Shown: in pieces, positions 56,821 to 64,000 of the stretch
Layout of the letters: the number at the start of each line of letters is the position of its first letter
Numbering within the stretch: the first letter of the stretch is position 1
Assembly: GCA_040389905.1 (NCBI GenBank)
Contig: JAZJZK010000005.1
Span: 32,001-96,000, forward strand
Direction: 5' to 3'
Source: Gemmatimonadota bacterium
Lineage (GTDB): Bacteria > Gemmatimonadota > Gemmatimonadetes > Gemmatimonadales > Gemmatimonadaceae
DNA length: 64,000 nt
The notes under the pieces: model-generated
What the model was told of the DNA's origin: nothing
Databases searched by the model: none
What the model saw: the letters and a program-made list of their open reading frames with translations, nothing else
Position numbers and translations under genes: made by a program

Positions 56821-57759
56821 ATGAGCGCCACTCCAACGAATTCCCAGAAAAATCCGAGTCGCAGGGTCGTCGTGGTGTCCGGAGCAACGGGCCTGATCGG
56901 CTCCGCTCTCGTTACACACCTGCGGCAGCAAGGCCACACGGTGAGGCGGCTTGTCCGCCGACAACGCGGCGAGCGGCCCGGAGAAATTCCGTGGGACCCC
57001 GAGCGCGGCACACTGGATGCGCGCGCCATCGAGGGATGCGATGCGATCGTTCATCTCGCGGGGGCGCCAATCTCCCAACGATGGACGGCGTCGCACAAGC
57101 ACGCCATTCGCGAGAGCCGAGTGCGCGGCACGGCGACGATGGCGCGCGCAGTCGCCGAGATGGAGAGCAAGCCGCGCGTTGTGCTGAGCGGGTCGGCAAT
57201 GGGCTTCTACGGCGATCGCGGCGACGAGCTGCTGGACGAAAACTCGAGCGCAGGTTCTGGCTTCCTCGCGTCCGTCGTCCGCGACTGGGAGGCGGCCGCG
57301 GCCCCAATCGCCACGCTCGGTGTGCGACTCGTGCTCCTCCGAACGGGCCTGGTGCTGTCCCCCGACGGTGGCGCACTCGCGAAGCTGCTGCCCCCCTTCA
57401 AGCTCGGCGCCGGTGGACCGATGGGCGGCGGGAAACAGTGGATGAGCTGGATATCGCTCGCCGATCATGTACGAGCGATGGAGTACGCCATCGTGACGGA
57501 CGGCGTCCACGGCCCAGTCAACCTCGCGTCTCCGGCACCTGTTACGAACGAGACGTTCGCTCATGTGCTCGGACGCGTGTTGAGCCGGCCCGCCATCATT
57601 CCCCTGCCCGCCTTTGCCCTCGAACTGATGTTCGGCGAAATGGCGCGCGAGACGATACTGGCCGGTCAGCGACTGACGCCTCGCGCGCTGACCACGGCGG
57701 GTTTTCGCTTCGAGCATCCCGATCTCGAACCGGCGCTGCGTGATCTTCTTGCGCACTAA
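56821..57759 (+). CDS. TIGR01777/YfcH family epimerase-like oxidoreductase
   Basis: SGATGLIG, HLAGA.I..RWT, SRV..T, GFL..V..DWE, LRTGLVL...GGAL, GKQWMSWI. Confidence 0.9.
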   Translation: MSATPTNSQKNPSRRVVVVSGATGLIGSALVTHLRQQGHTVRRLVRRQRGERPGEIPWDPERGTLDARAIEGCDAIVHLAGAPISQRWTASHKHAIRESRVRGTATMARAVAEMESKPRVVLSGSAMGFYGDRGDELLDENSSAGSGFLASVVRDWEAAAAPIATLGVRLVLLRTGLVLSPDGGALAKLLPPFKLGAGGPMGGGKQWMSWISLADHVRAMEYAIVTDGVHGPVNLASPAPVTNETFAHVLGRVLSRPAIIPLPAFALELMFGEMARETILAGQRLTPRALTTAGFRFEHPDLEPALRDLLAH

Positions 57760-58684
57760 GCTCGTCCACGGCCGCGAATTCGGCACGCTGGCCGGCCTCG
57801 TGACCCTCTGCGCCGGGCTGTGGACGGCCACCCCGCACTTCGCGACCCTGTCGAATCTCAGCAACGTCGTGGAGCAGAGTACCATCATCGGTATCGTCGC
57901 CGTAGGCATGACGTTCGTCATTCTCAGCGGAGGCATCGACCTGTCCGTCGGTTCGATCGTGGCGCTCGCCGGTGTCGTACTGGGCTCGGCAATTCACGGG
58001 GGCGCACCGGTGTGGTTGGCGGTGGTCGCGGCGCTCGCCGTCGGCAGCGCCTGCGGCCTGGTGAACGGCGCTCTCATAACCATCGGCAGGCTTCCACCGT
58101 TCATTGCAACGCTCGGCATGATGAGTGTCGCGCGAGGCGGGGCGCTGCTCTTCACGGACGGGCGGCCGATCTCGGAGTTCCCGCAGGGGCTACGTTCCGT
58201 GGCCACCGGGCACGTGCTTCGAGTGCCGATGCCTGTGCTGTTGATGCTCGCCGTGTACCTCGTGGCACACGTCGTCCTGAAACGAACGACGCTCGGTCGC
58301 TACACCTACGCGATCGGCGGCAACGAGGAAGCGGCCCGACTCTCCGGCGTGAACGTTCGCGCATGGAAAACGGCGGTGTACGCAGTCAGCGGGTTGTTCG
58401 GTGCCCTCACGTCCGTCGTGCTGGTGGCGCGGCTGAATTCCGCGCAACCGATTGCCGGGACGTCGTACGAGCTCGATGCCATCGCCGCCGTGGTGATCGG
58501 CGGCGCCAGTCTGCTCGGCGGTGTCGGTTCTGTCTTCGGGACCTTGATCGGAGCGCTCATCATGAGCGTGCTGCGCAATGGTCTTAACCTGCTCGGGGTA
58601 TCGTCGTACCTTCAGCAGGTGGCGATTGGGGTGGTCATCGTCGTTGCGGTTTTGGTGGACATTGGGGTGCGGCGGCAACGCTAG
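57740..58684 (+). CDS. Ribose-type sugar ABC transporter permease (RbsC-like)
   Basis: [58 protein letters not shown]. Confidence 0.9.
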   Translation: MIFLRTKLVHGREFGTLAGLVTLCAGLWTATPHFATLSNLSNVVEQSTIIGIVAVGMTFVILSGGIDLSVGSIVALAGVVLGSAIHGGAPVWLAVVAALAVGSACGLVNGALITIGRLPPFIATLGMMSVARGGALLFTDGRPISEFPQGLRSVATGHVLRVPMPVLLMLAVYLVAHVVLKRTTLGRYTYAIGGNEEAARLSGVNVRAWKTAVYAVSGLFGALTSVVLVARLNSAQPIAGTSYELDAIAAVVIGGASLLGGVGSVFGTLIGALIMSVLRNGLNLLGVSSYLQQVAIGVVIVVAVLVDIGVRRQR

Positions 58685-58689
58685 AAACA

Positions 58690-58889
58690 ACTGACGTACG
58701 AGGTACCCGGTACCTCGTACTCGGACTGGCATACCGGCCAAGAGGAGCCATCGAAAGTGGCGTTGCAGATCTCCGGTTTGAACACCGCGTACTTTGTACG
58801 AAAGGTCTTACTGCGTTAGCGGGATCGATGGCTCTTTTTGGCTCGAATGCCAGTCAGGATACCCAGTTCCGGGTACCTCGTACGTCAGT
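58690..58889. mobile_element. 200-bp MITE/REPIN-like palindromic element, family E
   Basis: ACTGACGTACGAGGTACCCGG...GACTGGCAT...GAGCCATCGA / TCGATGGCTC...ATGCCAGTC...CCGGGTACCTCGTACGTCAGT (65-bp arms). The spacer is unrelated to that of the 40879 copy. Confidence 0.8.
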
Positions 58890-58939
58890 GGGTGTATTTG
58901 GTACGGGACGTACGTCAGTTCGCCCTTAGCCCAACAAGA

Positions 58940-59869
58940 ATGCGCTTCAGAAACCTCGCACTGTCGGCACTGGTACTCGCCGTTGCCTGCAACCGCGGCT
59001 CCGAAGGCGAGAAGGCCGCAGCCAAGCCTGTCGTCGCCCTCGTGGTCAAGACGCTCAACAACGCCTTCTTCATCGAGATGGAGAAGGGCGCCCGCGCCGC
59101 GGCCGACAGTTTGGGCGTCGAACTCATCGTCCAGGCTCCCGAGCGCGAAGTCGACGTCGAGAAGCAGATGCAGATCGTCGAGAATCTCATCGAGCGGCAC
59201 GTGGCGGTCCTCGCGCTCGTTCCGAATGGCTCCCGCGAAATCGTTCCCGCCGTCCTCAAGGCCAACGCCGCCAAGATCCCCGTGGTCACCGTGGACACGC
59301 GCGTGGACTCCACGACACTCGCGGCCGCGGGAGGCACGATCGCGACCTTCATCGGGTCGGACAATCTGGACGGCGGCCGCATCGCCGGAGAATTCCTCGC
59401 GCGCGCGCTCGCCGGAAAGGGCAAAGTTGGTGTGCTCGAGGGTGTTCCCGGCCACGAGACGGCGGACTCCCGCCTCCGTGGCTTTCGCGAGGCGATCGCG
59501 AAGTATCCCGGCATGTCCATCGTGGTCTCACAAACAGCCAACGCCGAGCGCGATCAGGCCTTCAACGTGATGCAGAACATTCTGCAGGCGCATCGTGACG
59601 TTCAGGCGATGTTCGCCATCAACGACGTCATGGCGCTGGGTGCCGTGGAGGCGATCGCGGCAGCCGGCCGGACAAAGGACGTCAGGGTGGTGGGCTTCGA
59701 CGCCCAGGATGACGCCCGAACGGCCATCACCGACGGGCGAATGGCGGCGACGATTGCCCAGAATCCCCGCGAAATGGGCCGCACGGCCATCATCTCGGCC
59801 TGGAGGCTTCTGCACGGCGAGACACTACCCCGGGAGCAGCCGGTGAAAATCGAGTTGGTGGACCACTAA
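58940..59869 (+). CDS. Sugar ABC transporter substrate-binding lipoprotein (RbsB-like)
   Basis: LAVAC lipobox, KTLNNAFF, IGSDN..GG, ND.MALGA, VVGFD, TIAQNP. Confidence 0.9.
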   Translation: MRFRNLALSALVLAVACNRGSEGEKAAAKPVVALVVKTLNNAFFIEMEKGARAAADSLGVELIVQAPEREVDVEKQMQIVENLIERHVAVLALVPNGSREIVPAVLKANAAKIPVVTVDTRVDSTTLAAAGGTIATFIGSDNLDGGRIAGEFLARALAGKGKVGVLEGVPGHETADSRLRGFREAIAKYPGMSIVVSQTANAERDQAFNVMQNILQAHRDVQAMFAINDVMALGAVEAIAAAGRTKDVRVVGFDAQDDARTAITDGRMAATIAQNPREMGRTAIISAWRLLHGETLPREQPVKIELVDH

Positions 59870-59949
59870 GCGTCGAAACCTTCCGTGCCCTTCGCTCGTC
59901 GTGTGGGTACAACGAAGGTGCGCCGAGTCGCGCCGGAGAAATACAATCA

Positions 59950-60204
59950 ATGGGTGCCATCATAGTTGAAGGGGTGCTATTCGTCGCGCTGATCGCGACG
60001 GGCGGCGCCCTTCTTTATTGGGCCATACTCTACTTCACACCAGCGGGCGTCCGACTCCGTCAGACGCAGAACAGGATACAACTCGAGCGCATGGCCGAGC
60101 TGGTGTGTCCCATCCACGGCCTGCGCACAGAAGACCAACTGGTACGTCTCGCGAACGGAGAGCGGATGTGCCCTGACTGTTACAAGGAGACACTCCATGG
60201 GTAG
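59950..60204 (+). CDS. Small membrane protein with C-terminal CxxH...CxxC zinc-finger
   Basis: N-terminal TM, CPIH-x17-CPDC; overlaps the SPFH start by 8 nt; GGAG RBS. Confidence 0.75.
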   Translation: MGAIIVEGVLFVALIATGGALLYWAILYFTPAGVRLRQTQNRIQLERMAELVCPIHGLRTEDQLVRLANGERMCPDCYKETLHG

Positions 60205-61120
60205 CTCCATGCTCGACAACCTGCGCTCGATGGACATCGAGCCGGGAGACGCACGCCGCAAGCTGAAACGTGCGGTCATCGGCGGCAGCACACTGTTGGC
60301 GGCGCTGCTGCTGCTGCCATCGACGTTCACGTACATCAATCCGGGCTACGTCGGCATCGTGATTCATCGCGCCGGCGGTGGAGTGGATCCGACGCCACTC
60401 GGGCCTGGCGTCCACGTCCGCATGCCATTCGCGACGGGGATCGAAGAGTATCCGGTGTTCCTCAAGACGCTCGTGCTCGCGAAGAGCTCGAACGAGGGGA
60501 GTAACCTCAACGACGAGATCAACGTCAACAGCGTCGAAGGCCAGCCGTTGGCGCTCGATGTGTCGCTGTCGTTTCAGCTCGACCCGACGAAGACGCCGAA
60601 GCTGTATACGATGTTCAGGACGGACATCAACCTGATCACGCATGGCTTCGTCAAGCAGACGATTCGCCAGGCGTTGCAGGAGGTTGTCGGTACCGAACCG
60701 GTGGCGGACGTGATTGGTCCGAAGAAAGCGGAAGCCACGAGTCGCGTCTTCGCGCTGATTGCCAAGCATCTCGAGCCGCTCGGCTTCGACGTGAAGCAGT
60801 TCACGATCAACGAACTGCGTGCGCCGCCGGCGGTCATGGAGGCGATCAACCAGAAGAACATCATGCAGCAACAGGCGCTGACCGCGCAGAACGAATTGCA
60901 GAAGAATACGTTCAACGCGCAGGGCGATTCGATCAAGGCGGCGGGACGCGCAAAGGCAATTACCGCCGAAGCCGAAGCGCAAGCGCGCGCGAATCAGCTC
61001 TTGTCGCAGAGCATCACGCCCACGCTGGTGCAGTACGAGATCACGAAGAAGTGGGACGGCAAGTTGCCGCAGGTATCAGGCGGTGCGACGCCGCTGATTC
61101 AGTTGCCTGTGAAACCGTAG
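60197..61120 (+). CDS. SPFH/Band 7/prohibitin family membrane protein
   Basis: TM, INPGYVGI, EEYP, AI.QK coiled coil with AEA repeats, KKWDGKLPQV.GG. Confidence 0.88.
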   Translation: MGSSMLDNLRSMDIEPGDARRKLKRAVIGGSTLLAALLLLPSTFTYINPGYVGIVIHRAGGGVDPTPLGPGVHVRMPFATGIEEYPVFLKTLVLAKSSNEGSNLNDEINVNSVEGQPLALDVSLSFQLDPTKTPKLYTMFRTDINLITHGFVKQTIRQALQEVVGTEPVADVIGPKKAEATSRVFALIAKHLEPLGFDVKQFTINELRAPPAVMEAINQKNIMQQQALTAQNELQKNTFNAQGDSIKAAGRAKAITAEAEAQARANQLLSQSITPTLVQYEITKKWDGKLPQVSGGATPLIQLPVKP

Positions 61121-61247
61121 GTGACAGGGGACAGGAAACAGGAGACAGGAGCAGATGGGCTTACGCTCGTTTTGTCGCCCTTAGCGAAGCGAAGGCCCGC
61201 ACGTGCGGTTCCTGTCCCTGTCCCCTGTTACCTGTCTCCTGTCACCT
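61119..61247. repeat. Palindromic element, family C (GNNACAG heptamer arms) with a nested family D unit
   Basis: GTGACAG GGGACAG GAAACAG GAGACAG faces CTGTCCC CTGTTAC CTGTCTC CTGTCAC; the loop holds TTACGCTCGTTTTGTCGCCCTTAGCGAAGCGAAGG. Confidence 0.85.
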
Positions 61248-62648
61248 GTACTTGAACACATACTTCGTCCACACAATGATCGCACCGCACTTCGTGCCCA
61301 CTCCCTTTTCCCGATACTGTGTGGGCACGTTGAGCGGCCTCGTGTACACCTCGAGTCCAGCCACTTCACTCGGCGCGAGATCGAGCAGATTGCCGTAACC
61401 TGCTTCCACCCCGTCGAGCCAGACGATGGGTGTGCACTGCCCACCGCGGTCGTTGGACACCGATGCGGTGAGCGAACCGCCGCGCTGCATGAGCTGAAGG
61501 CTCGGGACATCACGCAGCACGTTCGTGATGGACCTGTACCTCGAGATCTCCGCGGAATCGGCCACGTATCCGAGGGCGAGTTTTCGCCGTGACTCGAACT
61601 CCACTTTCATGACCTTGCCGAAGGGCATGGCCGTGACGTCCATCCCGGCAAGGATCTGCGCTCGACTCACGACGAGAGACAGCGTCGCGGTGTCTCCAGC
61701 GATGACGTCGATCGAGGCGTAGACCGGGCGCATTCCGAGGGTCAGCACCTCCACGCGACGCGTGCCGGCCGCCACCTCCCGAAGGATGAATCGTCCCGAT
61801 TCGTCAGAACGATCAGACACTCCCGCAACAATCACCCGTGCATTGGGGAGGGGCGCGCCAGCGTGGTTCGTGAGGTGGCCGACGACGATGCCCGTCGCAA
61901 CGCTTCCTGAGCCGGTACGCGACGGGATGAGAAGATCGCGCCGCTGGACCCGCACGTCCATCACGACGTCGATGCTATCCGTCGTGCTCGACGAGTCTCT
62001 CTGCGCATTGACCAGGATGCCCAACCCGCGAACGGGCACACCGCAGACGACATACGTTCCATTCGCGTCGGACCTCGAGCGGAGCCGCCAATTGCTGAGC
62101 TCATACGCGGATCGGATCGTGCTTTCCGACGCGAGCCGGGGGTTGTCGGACGTGAGGCGGACCTTCGGATCGCGACGGCCGAGCGAGTCGTACCACACCA
62201 GGCTGATTCCCGCGCCGGCAATGGGCTTGCTGCCCGCCGCGTCGTACACCGTGCCGTACACGAAGCCGCTGTCCGTCGGTGCCGGTCGGTCGCCACAGGC
62301 TCTTCGCCACAGCGTGGCGAATGACGGCGTGCCGACCCGGACTTCGGCACCGTCCGTCAGGAGGACGCGCGTCGTGAGGCCAGAAAAGCCCAGCGTGTCG
62401 AGTGTGGCGTGTTGAAGAATGATGGACTGTGCGCCGCCCGGAACCATCTCGAGCTCGAATCGGCCGCGGGCGTCGGACGTCGTGCTCCAGGGCCCACCGG
62501 CAATGGCCACGAAGGCGTTTGCAAGCGGCTGGCCGCGCAGGCTATCGAATGCAAGCCCGCGAATGCGCGGAATCACGTTCGGTGTCTGGGCGACTACCTC
62601 ACCGCCCACCGCGAGCACGACCGCGACAAGGGAAAGTGCTCGACGCAT
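61242..62648 (-). CDS. Secreted protein: carboxypeptidase-regulatory-like Ig domains plus a C-terminal TonB plug-like domain, no barrel
   Basis: Signal peptide; three G.V.D...PL..A.V...T.SD..GRF repeats; C.P.VWLDG...EVAGLEVY...VP..Y...CGAI.VWTK at the C-terminus. Confidence 0.8.
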   Translation of the reverse strand: MRRALSLVAVVLAVGGEVVAQTPNVIPRIRGLAFDSLRGQPLANAFVAIAGGPWSTTSDARGRFELEMVPGGAQSIILQHATLDTLGFSGLTTRVLLTDGAEVRVGTPSFATLWRRACGDRPAPTDSGFVYGTVYDAAGSKPIAGAGISLVWYDSLGRRDPKVRLTSDNPRLASESTIRSAYELSNWRLRSRSDANGTYVVCGVPVRGLGILVNAQRDSSSTTDSIDVVMDVRVQRRDLLIPSRTGSGSVATGIVVGHLTNHAGAPLPNARVIVAGVSDRSDESGRFILREVAAGTRRVEVLTLGMRPVYASIDVIAGDTATLSLVVSRAQILAGMDVTAMPFGKVMKVEFESRRKLALGYVADSAEISRYRSITNVLRDVPSLQLMQRGGSLTASVSNDRGGQCTPIVWLDGVEAGYGNLLDLAPSEVAGLEVYTRPLNVPTQYREKGVGTKCGAIIVWTKYVFKYR

Positions 62649-62663
62649 TCGGGATCTCCGCTG

Positions 62664-64000
62664 TCAGCGATTCTTGAACAGATACTTCGTCCACACGAGG
62701 ATCGCGCCACACTTCCGCTCGACACCCTTTTCGCGATACAGCGTCGGCACGTTCATGCCTCGCGTGTACACCTCGAGGCCTGCAACCTCGTTGGTCGTGA
62801 GATCAGTGAGATTGCCGTAGCCCGCCTCGACACCGTCGAGCCAGACGATTGGCGTGCATTGTCCCCCGCGATCGTCCGATACCGTCGTCGTCGTCGAGCC
62901 GCCACGCTGCGTGACGATGAGGCTCGGCACGTTCCGCAAGACGTTGGTGACCGAGTTGTACTTGGAGACCTCCGTCGAGTCGGCGACGTAGCCGAGCCCG
63001 ATCTTGCGGCGGGATTCGAATTCGATCGCCATGACTCGGCCAATCGCCATCGCCTTGACGTTCACCCCGCCCAATGTCTGCGCCTTGCCGAGTACGAGCG
63101 ACAACGCCGCCGTGTCGCCGGCGACGACGTCAACCGTCGCGTGTGTCGGTGGAAGGCCGATCGACAGGAAATCCACTCGGCGCGTGCCGGCTGCGACTTC
63201 GCGAATGATGAATCGCCCAAGCTCGTCCGAGCGCGCTTCCGGCGCACCGGCGATGATGACACGCGCATACGGGAACGGCGCGCCCGCGAAGTCCGTCAAT
63301 TGGCCCGTCACGATTCCCCACCGCTTTGACCCGGAGGCCGTGGTGGGCGCGATGCGAAGGTCGCGCCGGTGCACCGGGATATCCATGCGCACGTCGATGC
63401 TGTCACTCACGTTGAGCGAATCGGTGGCGGCCATTATCTGGATTCCCAGTCCCTTCATCGGAACGCCGCAGACGGCATACGTTCCGGTCGAATCGGTTCT
63501 CGCCTGCACACGCCAATGCACTGCGTGGCCAGACGCTTGTTGCACTTCCTCTCGTCCGTAGTTCGGTTTCTCGACCGGCGTGAAGTAGATAGAACCCTTG
63601 GGAACGAGTGTCTTCTTCGCGCGCTCGCGTTCTTCCAGCGCGGTGGCCCGTGCCGCTTCCTGGAGCGGCGTGCTTCGACGGCCCCCGATGGAGTCGTGCC
63701 ACACCAGGCTGATCTCCGCGTCAGCGATTGGCTTGTTCGTCGTGGCGTTGTAGACCATGCCATAGACGAAGCCACTGTCCAACGGTACCGGTCCGTTGCA
63801 CGCCTTCTGCCACAGCGTTTCGAAGGACGGAACGCCGAGGCGCACTTCGTCGACGCCATCCGTGATGCGAACGCGCGTCGTCAGCCCCGAGAAGCCGAGG
63901 GTGTCGAGCGTCGAGTGCTGGAGGATGATGGAGTGCACGCCGGCCGGCACTTTCTCGAGCTCGAAGCGGCCGAGCGAATCCGAGGTGGTGCTCCACGAGC
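62664..64000 (-). CDS. Paralog of the preceding plug-domain protein (5' end outside the window)
   Basis: The frame stays open to the window edge (SWSTTSDSLGRFELEKVPAG); very similar to 61242..62648 throughout. Confidence 0.82.
   Translation of the reverse strand, partial: SWSTTSDSLGRFELEKVPAGVHSIILQHSTLDTLGFSGLTTRVRITDGVDEVRLGVPSFETLWQKACNGPVPLDSGFVYGMVYNATTNKPIADAEISLVWHDSIGGRRSTPLQEAARATALEERERAKKTLVPKGSIYFTPVEKPNYGREEVQQASGHAVHWRVQARTDSTGTYAVCGVPMKGLGIQIMAATDSLNVSDSIDVRMDIPVHRRDLRIAPTTASGSKRWGIVTGQLTDFAGAPFPYARVIIAGAPEARSDELGRFIIREVAAGTRRVDFLSIGLPPTHATVDVVAGDTAALSLVLGKAQTLGGVNVKAMAIGRVMAIEFESRRKIGLGYVADSTEVSKYNSVTNVLRNVPSLIVTQRGGSTTTTVSDDRGGQCTPIVWLDGVEAGYGNLTDLTTNEVAGLEVYTRGMNVPTLYREKGVERKCGAILVWTKYLFKNR

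Overview
GC-rich bacterial chromosomal segment. It is probably Gemmatimonadota, inferred from the Hanks-type kinases, plug-only carboxypeptidase-regulatory-domain proteins and CckA-like hybrid kinases; this was not verified by search. Bases 1-31.5 kb form a large surface-glycan locus with frequent strand switches. It holds a WecA/WbpL-type initiating transferase, an FnlA/QnlA/QnlB-type (probable UDP-L-QuiNAc) cassette with a WbuB-like transferase, and dispersed pseudaminic acid genes (pseC, pseI, SpsF/PseF-like, pseG-pseH fusion; no pseB in the window). It also holds an acetamidino-forming amidotransferase with HisF/HisH paralogs, two tandem KpsS-like proteins, a PglK-like ABC exporter and several GTs and epimerases. 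Bases 31.5-48 kb carry signalling and housekeeping genes: a hybrid HK, two Ser/Thr kinases, split pntAa/pntAb/pntB, an M28 peptidase and a deoxynucleoside kinase. At 48.3-50.4 kb is a four-gene operon of two Tat-exported Rieske proteins and two His-bearing membrane proteins, with no bc1 partners. At 50.5-56.8 kb is the best candidate for an undescribed system. A CckA-like hybrid kinase is translationally coupled to a ChpT-like pseudokinase, next to fliA, an orphan sigma54 FleR/FlrC/FlbD-like regulator and an flgM-like gene. Matching cis sites are visible: a sigma54 promoter with CGGCAA enhancer palindromes, and a sigma28 promoter. The last 7 kb has a sugar ABC permease and binding protein, a small zinc-finger membrane protein paired with an SPFH protein, and tandem barrel-less TonB-plug proteins. 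Intergenic DNA holds at least five distinct families of REP/MITE-like palindromic elements with no cognate enzyme in the window. No rRNA, tRNA, CRISPR array or transposase was seen. All family calls come from motif recognition by eye.
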